DNA of 64,000 nt from Bryobacteraceae bacterium (GTDB lineage Bacteria; Acidobacteriota; Terriglobia; Bryobacterales; Bryobacteraceae), in assembly GCA_014860455.1 (NCBI GenBank), contig JACZJQ010000025.1, positions 2,850 through 66,849 on the forward strand, given 5' to 3'. A program made the position numbers and the translations under genes. Below the pieces are notes generated by a model. The model was not told the origin of the DNA. It worked only from the letters and a program-made list of their open reading frames with translations, and searched no databases. This document shows positions 53,509 through 63,112 of this stretch, piece after piece. Position 1 is the first letter of the stretch, and each line of letters starts with the position of its first letter.

Positions 53509-54234
53509 TTACTTGTATAGTCCACGCCAGTCGTTCCGCTTCACCGCCAGCGGATCCAGAAACGCCGCCAGTCCGTTCGCCAGGCTCACCTTCGTCCCTT
53601 CAACGTTGTTCCACCGCACCGGCACTTCCAGAATCTTCAGTCCATGCTTCTTGGCGATATACAGCAGCTCGACGTCAAACCCGAAGCCCTCAATCTGCTG
53701 CTTCGCCGCCAACAGCGCCGCGGCCTTGCTTGAGACCAGCTTGAACCCGCACTGCGTGTCGCGATACGGCAACCCCGTGATCATCCGCATCACCAGATTA
53801 AAAAACCGCCCGCTCATCTCGCGGAACGGCGACTGATGAACGCCAATCAGGCTCCGGTCCAGCGCCCGCGAGCCGATCGCTCCATCGGCGCCTTTGGCCT
53901 CCACCGCTGCCGTCAACTTCGCCAGTTCTTCGATCGGCGCCGACAGATCCGCGTCGGTGAACAGCACCCATTCGCCCTTGGCCTCCCGCAGGCCATGCCG
54001 CACGGCGTAGCCCTTGCCGCGGTTGCCTGGATTTTCCACCAGCCGGATACGCGCGTCTCTTGATGCAGCGTCGCGCGCCACCTGCGCCGTCGCGTCGCGT
54101 GATCCGTCATTCACCACCACCACCTCGGCAAAATCGAGATTCAAGCCGTCCATATGGGCAAGTACGGCCTCGAGTGTGGCCGGAAGACGGCCCTGCTCGT
54201 TGTAAGCCGGGATAACAATTGTGAGGGACTTCAA
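53509..54234 (-). CDS. GT2 polyprenyl-phosphate glycosyltransferase (dolichyl-P-glucose/mannose synthase-like)
   Basis: LTIVIPAYNEQGRL, VVNDGSRDAT and LFTDADLS (DxD) are present. The upstream part of the tracked ORF, from 54235 to its start at 54720, is antisense to lysS and has no ATG. I start the gene at TTG 54234, which is uncertain. Confidence 0.78.
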   Translation of the reverse strand: MKSLTIVIPAYNEQGRLPATLEAVLAHMDGLNLDFAEVVVVNDGSRDATAQVARDAASRDARIRLVENPGNRGKGYAVRHGLREAKGEWVLFTDADLSAPIEELAKLTAAVEAKGADGAIGSRALDRSLIGVHQSPFREMSGRFFNLVMRMITGLPYRDTQCGFKLVSSKAAALLAAKQQIEGFGFDVELLYIAKKHGLKILEVPVRWNNVEGTKVSLANGLAAFLDPLAVKRNDWRGLYK

Positions 54235-54279
54235 GTACGCCCATTTTATAATGGTCCTTCGCCCCCAGGAGCCAGACGA

Positions 54280-55821
<1,542 letters not shown>

Positions 55822-55827
55822 ACCGTC

Positions 55828-57042
55828 TTGCTGCGCGCCTTCGAACTCTTCGTCGCCGCGCGCTACCTGCGGGCCAAGCGCCGGCAGGCCGTCCTCGGCG
55901 TCATCACCGTCATCTCGGTCGCCGGCGTGGCCGCGGGTGTGATGGCGCTGGTCATCGCTCTGGCCATCAACAACGGCTTCCGCTCGACGCTCGAAACCAC
56001 GCTGCTGGGCGCCACCCCGCATGTCGTCCTGCTCGAAAAAGAGCCCGGCGAAGGCATCACCGGCTGGCGCGGCGTCGCCCAAAAGATGCAGACCCTGCCC
56101 GGAGTAAAATCCGCCGCGCCCGCGCTCTACGGCAAGGTCTTTCTCGCCGGCCCTATGCAGTCGGCCGAAGCCACGCTCAAAGGCGTACTGCCTGAGTCCA
56201 TCGAATGGCGTCACGCCATCCGCGAAGGTTCATTGGACCGCCTCAGCGAAGATCGCACCCTTGTCATCGGCGCACCGCTCGCCCGCCGCACCGGCATGAC
56301 GCTCAACTCCTGGATCACCGTCGTCTCGCCGCAAGGCGAGTTAACGCCGCTCGGCCCCCGTGCCCTGCAAGTCCGTTACCACGTCGTCGCCATCTTCGAG
56401 ACCGGCTACTACGACATCGACAACTCCTACGCCGTCACGTCTCTAGAAAACGCCCAGCGCCTGTTCTCGCTCGGCGACGTCGCCAACGCCATCGAACTCA
56501 AAGTGGGCCAATTGGACGAAGCTCCCGCCATCGCCGCCGCCGCCGAATCCGCCGCCGGACCGGCCCTTGGCGCAACCCACTGGATGGAGCAGAACCGCCA
56601 ACTGCTCGGCGCGCTCAAGATGGAACGCACCGTCAGCATGGTCACCATCTCTCTCATCCAACTCGTCGCCGCGCTCAACATCCTCACCGCGCTCGTCATG
56701 GCCGTCATGGAGAAGCGTCGCGACATCGCCGTGCTCATCTCGATGGGCGCCCGCCAGGCGCAGATCGCGCGCATCTTCGTCACCCAGGGCCTGATGATCG
56801 GCGCTGCCGGCGCGGCTCTCGGCCTCATCGCCGGCTACACCCTGTCCTGGTGCGCCGGACATTATCAATGGTTCCCGCTCGACGAAGAGATCTACTCGAT
56901 GGCCTTTGTCCCCTTTGAACCGCGCCTTCTCGACGCCCTCTGGATCGCCGCCGTCGCACTCGGAGTCTCGCTTCTGGCCACGCTCCACCCGGCCCGCTCG
57001 GCCGCCCGCATCGACCCCGTTGAAACCCTCAGATATGAATGA
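55828..57042 (+). CDS. LolC/LolE-family (FtsX-like) ABC permease
   Basis: The N-terminus is FVAARYLRAKRRQAVLGVITVISVAGVAAGVMALVIALAINNGF. A periplasmic MacB-like domain and a C-terminal FtsX block follow. The TTG start has AAGGAG 9 nt upstream. Confidence 0.85.
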   Translation: MLRAFELFVAARYLRAKRRQAVLGVITVISVAGVAAGVMALVIALAINNGFRSTLETTLLGATPHVVLLEKEPGEGITGWRGVAQKMQTLPGVKSAAPALYGKVFLAGPMQSAEATLKGVLPESIEWRHAIREGSLDRLSEDRTLVIGAPLARRTGMTLNSWITVVSPQGELTPLGPRALQVRYHVVAIFETGYYDIDNSYAVTSLENAQRLFSLGDVANAIELKVGQLDEAPAIAAAAESAAGPALGATHWMEQNRQLLGALKMERTVSMVTISLIQLVAALNILTALVMAVMEKRRDIAVLISMGARQAQIARIFVTQGLMIGAAGAALGLIAGYTLSWCAGHYQWFPLDEEIYSMAFVPFEPRLLDALWIAAVALGVSLLATLHPARSAARIDPVETLRYE

Positions 57043-58261
57043 CGCATCCGCCCTGCTGATTCAAATCAGCGGACACGACAAGCCCGGCATCACCCATGCC
57101 CTCGCCTCCATCCTCGCCCGCCACCGCGCGCGCGTGCTCGACATCGGCCAGGCCGTCATCCACGACGCGCTCGCCCTCGGCATCCTCGTCGAAATGACCG
57201 AAGCCATGCGCTCGTCGGCCATGCTCACCGACATTCTGCTTTCGGCGCATTCGCTCGGCGTCACAGTCCGCTTTTCGGCGTCCACTTCTGACGAATACAA
57301 CGAATGGGTCGCCGCACAGACCAAGCGCCGCTTCATCGTGACGATCCTCGGCCCGTCCATCGGCGCTGCCGACATCGCCAACGTCAGCGGCGTCCTGTCC
57401 GGTTCCCGCCTCAACATCGACCGCATCGACCGCCTCAGCGCCCGCACTCCGCTCAACCCGCAATCCGCCGCGCCGCGGGTCTGCGTCGAGTTCAACGCCA
57501 GCGGCGCCGTCGATGAGGACGCCCTGCGCACCGGCCTCGCCCGGCTTGCCGACTCCAGCGACATCGACATCGCCTTCCAGCACGAATCCGTCTGGCGCCG
57601 TAATCGCCGCCTTGTCGCCTTCGACATGGACTCCACTCTCATCCAGGGCGAAGTCATCGACGAACTCGCCGCCGAGGCCGGCGTCGGCGACCAGGTCCGC
57701 GCCATCACCGAATCGGCCATGCGCGGCGAACTCGATTTCCAGGCCTCGTTCCGCCGCCGTGTCGGCCTGCTCAAGGGCCTGCCCGAATCGGCGCTTGAAC
57801 GCGTCGTCGAGCGCATCCCGCTCACCGGCGGCGCCGAACGTCTCGTTTCCACGCTCAAACGCCTCGGCTACAAGACCGCCATCCTCTCCGGCGGCTTCAC
57901 CTTCTTCGGACGCGTCCTCCAGGCCCGCCTCGGCATCGACCACCTCTACGCCAATGAACTCGAACTCCGCGGCGGCCGCGTCACCGGCGAAGTGAATTCA
58001 GAAATCGTCGACGGCGCCATGAAGGCGCGCCGTCTTGCAGAGATCGCCGCCGCCGAAGGCCTCAGCCTCGAACAGACCATCGCCGTCGGCGACGGCGCCA
58101 ACGACCTGCCCATGCTGCGCCTGGCCGGCCTCGGCATCGCCTTCCGCGCCAAGCCGTTCGTGCGCGCATCGGCCGATCAATCGCTGGCCTCGCTGGGCCT
58201 CGACGGCATCCTCTACCTGATCGGCGTCCGCGACCGCGACCTCGAAATGCCCAGCGCATGA
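57035..58261 (+). CDS. serB: Phosphoserine phosphatase with N-terminal ACT-like domains
   Basis: HAD motif I is VAFDMDSTLIQ. Motif IV is AVGDGANDLPML. The N-terminal LIQISGHDKPGITHALASIL is ACT-like. ATG 57035 overlaps the end of the permease gene. Confidence 0.9.
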   Translation: MNDASALLIQISGHDKPGITHALASILARHRARVLDIGQAVIHDALALGILVEMTEAMRSSAMLTDILLSAHSLGVTVRFSASTSDEYNEWVAAQTKRRFIVTILGPSIGAADIANVSGVLSGSRLNIDRIDRLSARTPLNPQSAAPRVCVEFNASGAVDEDALRTGLARLADSSDIDIAFQHESVWRRNRRLVAFDMDSTLIQGEVIDELAAEAGVGDQVRAITESAMRGELDFQASFRRRVGLLKGLPESALERVVERIPLTGGAERLVSTLKRLGYKTAILSGGFTFFGRVLQARLGIDHLYANELELRGGRVTGEVNSEIVDGAMKARRLAEIAAAEGLSLEQTIAVGDGANDLPMLRLAGLGIAFRAKPFVRASADQSLASLGLDGILYLIGVRDRDLEMPSA

Positions 58262-59901
58262 CCCCATTCGCCAGTTCGCCCAACTCCGCCGCGGGACCAC
58301 GATCGGCCGTTCGCTCCCTGTTGCGCAAAATCTCCGCCACCGATTGGCTCATCATCGGTTTCGCCCTTTTCAACGCTGTTCTCTACGCTTCGGTGCTGCC
58401 GCTCTGGGAGGGCTTCGACGAGCCTTTCCACTACAGCCTGGTGCGCGAATACGGCCGCACGGAGGGCCTGCCCAAGGTAGGACGATCGACGGTCGACGGC
58501 CAGGTGGCGGCATCTCTCAAACTCGTCCCGCTCAGCCACCTGATGGTGAGGAACCTCGGCGGCGGCATCACCTTCGACGAGTACTTCCGCCTTCCGCCTG
58601 ATCGCCGCGCGGCCACGCGCTCGCATCTGCCGGCGCTCAAGCCCGGCCTGCCCGGCGACGGCAGCAACTACGAGGCGCAGCAAGCGCCGCTGGCATACGT
58701 GGTCATGGCCGCCTTCGACCGCCTGCCCGGCGCGGCAACGCTCCAGGACCGTGTCCTGCGGCTTCGCATCCTGGCCGGCGTCGTCTCGTCAGTCGCCTGC
58801 GCGCTTGCGTTGTTCTGGCTCGCCCGCCTTCTGGAACTGCCTGCCCCGTCCCGTCACGCCGCCGCCTTCATCGCCTTCTCAAGCCAGATGTTCTACGCGA
58901 CCGCCTCTCATGCCGCCAATGACTGGCTGGTGCTGCCGCTGTTCCTGCTCACCGCCGCTTCAGGCGCCGCTTTTTTGAAAGCGCCGTCCCGCCGGCTCGG
59001 CGTCATCGCTTCGGCGCTGCTCTCCGCGGCTCTGTTGACCAAGGCTTCGATGTTGGCCGTCGTCCCCTGGCTCGTGCTGATCCTGTTCATGCGCCTGAGA
59101 TGGCGGCAGGCGGCGTTCGCCTTGTGGCCCCTACTGGCAGCGCTGCCGTGGTACATCCGCAACATCGCCGTGTACGGCAACCTCGCCGGCATGCACGAGT
59201 TCGCATCGCAGGTCCGCACCGGCAACCCGCTCAGCGCGGCGCTGCTGGTTCCCTGGCACGACGCCATCACTCAAATGGCCCGCCAGGCCGTCTGGACCGG
59301 CAACAACTCGTTCACACCCATGTCGCGCGACCTGGTCTTCGCCATGCTCGCGCTCGCCGCCATCGCCGCACTGTCGGCCGCGGTCCAGGACTGGCGCTGC
59401 CGCATCCCCGCCGCCGAAGGCCTGCTGTGGCCGCTCGCCGGACTGCTTGCCGCCTCCCTCGCCTACGCCATCAGCGTGTCGTTCTGGTTCAACAACGGCG
59501 TCGCGTTCAGCGCCGGACCCTGGTACGCCCAACCGCTGGTGCTGTTGCTTTCTGTGCTGCTGTGCTCGGCCCTGGCAAGGGCGCGGGTGCTGGGCCGATT
59601 GACTGCGGCCGCCGCGGTGTCGCTCTCCGCCGGCGCGCTGCTGTTGACCTGGTGGGTGAAACTCATCCCCTACTACGCCGGTCTGTCACCTTCGAGAAGT
59701 AACATTGATGGCGTATGGGCGCTATACCGCGGCCGGGGCGCGCAACTGGCTTCCCAACTCGGCGAAACGGCCATGGCGCCCGGCGCTGCGATTCTCTTCA
59801 TGGCGGCGCTCAACTCACTGCTAGCTGCCGGTCTGGCCGTGTGGATCGCCTGGCGCATCCTGCGCGCACGCGACGCACAGGATCAGGCCACCGCCGCCTG
59901 A
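58258..59901 (+). CDS. Polytopic membrane protein, GT-C (PMT/ArnT-like) glycosyltransferase candidate
   Basis: More than 10 predicted TM helices. The first-loop motif EGFDEPFHY resembles the PMT-family FDEVHF. ATG 58258 overlaps the serB stop (ATGA). Confidence 0.72.
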   Translation: MTPFASSPNSAAGPRSAVRSLLRKISATDWLIIGFALFNAVLYASVLPLWEGFDEPFHYSLVREYGRTEGLPKVGRSTVDGQVAASLKLVPLSHLMVRNLGGGITFDEYFRLPPDRRAATRSHLPALKPGLPGDGSNYEAQQAPLAYVVMAAFDRLPGAATLQDRVLRLRILAGVVSSVACALALFWLARLLELPAPSRHAAAFIAFSSQMFYATASHAANDWLVLPLFLLTAASGAAFLKAPSRRLGVIASALLSAALLTKASMLAVVPWLVLILFMRLRWRQAAFALWPLLAALPWYIRNIAVYGNLAGMHEFASQVRTGNPLSAALLVPWHDAITQMARQAVWTGNNSFTPMSRDLVFAMLALAAIAALSAAVQDWRCRIPAAEGLLWPLAGLLAASLAYAISVSFWFNNGVAFSAGPWYAQPLVLLLSVLLCSALARARVLGRLTAAAAVSLSAGALLLTWWVKLIPYYAGLSPSRSNIDGVWALYRGRGAQLASQLGETAMAPGAAILFMAALNSLLAAGLAVWIAWRILRARDAQDQATAA

Positions 59902-60300
59902 TAAGCAAGCGCGGCTCGCCCCATGGGACGACGGGCCGGAGCCTCGTCAATCAGGATCTGCACAAACGCGGTCGCCATAGGCAGGCAGGCGCGGTCAGGA
60001 TAGATCGACTGGAAAAGCTGCCGCATCGAGGATGTGCTCAGGTCCGCCGCCAATCGGGCGACCAGACGCGCGTTGCCGCGCACACACTCGTGGCAGTTTA
60101 ACCCTTCCAATCTGCATTCGGGCAATTGGCGGGACGTGGCAGGACGGCCAGCAGGCATTGGGTGACAACTCCAATCTCATCCTCTCGACTCTCAGTTCGA
60201 CTCTCAACTCGGGCCCCCGTCTTACGCGAGGTACCCTACAAATTTACATGGAACTTCCCCGCTCGTATACGCGCCGGATGGGGGGAGAGGCTACCTCAAA

Positions 60301-60316
60301 TGGGGGGTATTTTGCA
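60301..60316 (+). promoter_or_regulatory. Candidate sigma54 (-24/-12) promoter
   Basis: TGGGGGGTATTTTGCA has GG (60302-60303), 10 nt, then GC (60314-60315), with a TTGCA -12 element. It lies 125 nt upstream of ATG 60442. Confidence 0.3.
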
Positions 60317-60441
60317 CTTTGAGATCTCATTAGTAATTTCACAGCATTCCCGCCCATCTCAATGGCCACTGACAGCAGGCTGATCCCTCGGATAGGGTTA
60401 ATATGGTGTTTCGATCCCCTTGCAGGTGCGGAGCTGTATCA

Positions 60442-63087
60442 ATGAATAGACTCTCTTTGATTGGATTGGCCTGTCTCGCCGTCCTGGGCGCGGCGGCGGC
60501 GGAGAAATGGACCGTCGAGGATCTCCTGTTCCAGGAGTCCGCCGGCAGCCTGGAACTGTCTCGCGACGGCAAGTTGGCCGTCTACATCAAGTCGCGGATG
60601 GATAGGGAGAAGGGCGAGTCGGTCTCGAACCTCTTCATGAAGCCCACCGCCGGCGGCGACGAGATCACGCTCACCCGCGGCAAGGACAACTACTCCTCTC
60701 CGCGCTTTTCGCCGGACGGCAAACGCATCGCCTTCCTCACCGCCCGCAAGGCCGCCGACGCCCCTGCGGCGGGCGCGCCCGGCTCCGGCCCCACGGGCAT
60801 GCAGATCTGGCTCATCGACACCCGCGGCGGCGAACCCTGGCAGGTGACCCGCTTCGAACGCGGCGTCCGGTCATATGGCTGGATCGACGACAACACCCTG
60901 CTTATCGCCGCGCCCGAGGATCCCACGCTTCACGACCAGAAGGTGAAGGAGCGCAAGGACACCTCGCAGGTGGTGGACGACGAAGACCATGCCGCCCCGG
61001 TCCGGCTTTTCAAGTTTGAAATCAAGGGCTCGAAAGCGACCCGGCTTACCACCAACTCAGACCGCATCACGTCGGTCACCGTCTCGCCCGACGGCAAGTA
61101 TGCCGTCACCGTCCATAACCGCTCACTGGCCGAGATCTTCAACCAGAAGATCAAGCCGGTGGTCTTCCTGCATGAACTGGCGGCCGGGACGTCGAAGCAA
61201 CTGTTTGCCAACGACAAGCTCTATCCGCGGGGGTTTGAATGGACGCCGGACTCGAAGAGCTTTTACTTCGCCGCCCCCTATACGACCCACCCTTACCTCT
61301 ACAACGCTTCGATCAACCTGCTCTATTCCTACGACGTGGCCTCGGGCCGCCACCAGAAGATCGAACTCGACTGGGAGAACGGCCTCGGCGGCTACGGCGG
61401 CATCACCCCGGCGCCTGACGGCTTCCTCGCCCTGCTGGCCAACGGCGCACGCAATAAGGTGGCCCGCTACACCAGGTCCGGATCCGGCTACACACGGCAG
61501 TGGATCGAAGGCGATCACGCCACAAACATGATGGGGCTCACCCTGCCCGACGACGGCTCATTCGTCATCTACACCCATACGACGGCGTCGGTGCCGGCCG
61601 TCCAGATGATCGCCAAACTCAGCGGCAACAAGGTGACCGAGGCCAAGCCGTTCATCGAAACCAACGCCGGCTGGAAGAAGAAGCCCATCGCCAAGACCGA
61701 GTTGGTCACCTGGAAAGGCGCGCTCGACGAGCAGGTCGAAGGCATCCTTTATTACCCGCACAACTATCAGGCCGGCAGGAAGTACCCGCTGGTGGTGATG
61801 ATCCACGGCGGCCCGCACGGCGCCGACATGGACGCCTTCTCCGAGCGCATGGGCTACCCGCACCAGCTGTTTGCCCAGCGCGGGGCGTTCATCCTGAAGC
61901 CGAACTATCACGGCTCGTCGAACTACGGGCTGAAATTCGGCGAGTCGATCTCCGGCGGAAAGTACAACGACCTGGAGTGGATCGACGTCGAAACGGGCGT
62001 CGATGCGCTCATCGCGAAGGGCCTGGTGGACCCCAAGATGCTGGGCGTGCTGGGCTGGTCGAACGGGTCGATCATCTCGATTGAGTTGACCACGCGGACC
62101 ACCCGCTACAAGGCGGCCGGCGCCGGCGCGGGCGACGTGAATTACACGTCGGATTGGGGCAACGCCAGCTTCGGCGACGCCTTCAACCGCTACTACCTCG
62201 GCACGTCGCCGCTGGAGAATCCGGAGCTGTACCAGAAGAAGTCCGCCCTGTTCCGCATGGACAAGGTGACCACGCCGACCATCATCTTCTTCGGCACCGA
62301 GGACAAGAATGTGCCGACCGAGCAGGGCTGGCAGCACTACCGGGCGCTGCAGCACTATGGCAAGGCGCCGGTGAAGTTCATCCTGTTCCCCGGCGAGCCG
62401 CACGGGCCGCGCAAGTTGGTCCACCAGCAACGCAAGATCGAAGAGGAACTGGCGTGGTTTGATAAGTACCTGTTCGAGACCAAAACCGACGCCAGTGAGG
62501 CGTTGCGCAAGGATTCGCCGCTGGCGGCCGCGGCGCTGCTGGCGAAGCAGGGCGACGTGCCGGAGACCGTCGAGCGCGGGCCGATCCACGTCGGGAGGTT
62601 CGAGGTGACGCGGGCGCAGTACAAGGCGTTTGATGCCGCCTACGCCGTTAAGCCGGGCACGGAGAACTATCCGGCCGGCGGGGTCACGTTCGACAAGGCC
62701 AAGGCCTATTGCGAATGGCTGTCGAAGAAGACCGGGCAAAAGTACAGGCTGGGCACGGAAGAGGAACTGGGATCGATGCTGAAGGCGTCGAAGAGCGAAA
62801 ACACGCTGGACGCCTGGGCCGGATACGCGGTGAACACGGACGACGAGAGGCGACTGGCGTCGATGGTGGATGGTCTGGGCGACGGCGCGCTGCTGAAAGC
62901 CGTCGGCAGTTTCGCCGGCACGGGCGAGGAGCCGGTCTTCGACCTGGGCGGCAACGCGGCCGAATGGGTGACGGCGAAGGACGGCACGGGCAAAGTGCTC
63001 GGCGGCAGTGCCGACCGTCCGGTGGACCCGAAGTCGGCATCCAAGGCCAGGCCGTCTTATGTCGGTTTCCGGATAGTCAGGGAGTAA
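60442..63087 (+). CDS. Secreted S9 (prolyl oligopeptidase/DPP-type) serine peptidase fused to a C-terminal FGE/SUMF1-like domain
   Basis: The start is at ATG 60442 with signal MNRLSLIGLACLAVLGAAAA. Propeller repeats are present (FSPDGKRIAF, VSPDGKYAV). The nucleophile is GWSNGS, with the later GTEDKNVP and GEPHG. The C-terminal domain has FDKAKAYCEWLSKKTGQKYRLGTEEEL, GGNAAEWV and SYVGFRIV. Confidence 0.88.
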   Translation: MNRLSLIGLACLAVLGAAAAEKWTVEDLLFQESAGSLELSRDGKLAVYIKSRMDREKGESVSNLFMKPTAGGDEITLTRGKDNYSSPRFSPDGKRIAFLTARKAADAPAAGAPGSGPTGMQIWLIDTRGGEPWQVTRFERGVRSYGWIDDNTLLIAAPEDPTLHDQKVKERKDTSQVVDDEDHAAPVRLFKFEIKGSKATRLTTNSDRITSVTVSPDGKYAVTVHNRSLAEIFNQKIKPVVFLHELAAGTSKQLFANDKLYPRGFEWTPDSKSFYFAAPYTTHPYLYNASINLLYSYDVASGRHQKIELDWENGLGGYGGITPAPDGFLALLANGARNKVARYTRSGSGYTRQWIEGDHATNMMGLTLPDDGSFVIYTHTTASVPAVQMIAKLSGNKVTEAKPFIETNAGWKKKPIAKTELVTWKGALDEQVEGILYYPHNYQAGRKYPLVVMIHGGPHGADMDAFSERMGYPHQLFAQRGAFILKPNYHGSSNYGLKFGESISGGKYNDLEWIDVETGVDALIAKGLVDPKMLGVLGWSNGSIISIELTTRTTRYKAAGAGAGDVNYTSDWGNASFGDAFNRYYLGTSPLENPELYQKKSALFRMDKVTTPTIIFFGTEDKNVPTEQGWQHYRALQHYGKAPVKFILFPGEPHGPRKLVHQQRKIEEELAWFDKYLFETKTDASEALRKDSPLAAAALLAKQGDVPETVERGPIHVGRFEVTRAQYKAFDAAYAVKPGTENYPAGGVTFDKAKAYCEWLSKKTGQKYRLGTEEELGSMLKASKSENTLDAWAGYAVNTDDERRLASMVDGLGDGALLKAVGSFAGTGEEPVFDLGGNAAEWVTAKDGTGKVLGGSADRPVDPKSASKARPSYVGFRIVRE

Positions 63088-63112
63088 GGCCGGTGCTAAA
63101 GTAAATCCACCG

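Noticed and set aside
56205-56918. 237-aa Arg-rich plus-strand ORF inside the LolE-like gene
   Set aside because: It is an alternative frame of a gene with clear FtsX-family TM organisation. Its extreme Arg/Pro/His content is not credible for a real protein.
57029-57943. 304-aa and 265-aa minus-strand ORFs opposite serB
   Set aside because: They are antisense to a gene with HAD motifs I-IV.
59883-60158. 91-aa minus-strand ORF after the GT-C gene
   Set aside because: It is not listed as a feature. It overlaps the GT-C gene end by 19 nt, has only moderate GC3 bias (about 65% by my count), and has no RBS or motif. It is kept only as a possibility in the finding on the 59902-60441 region.
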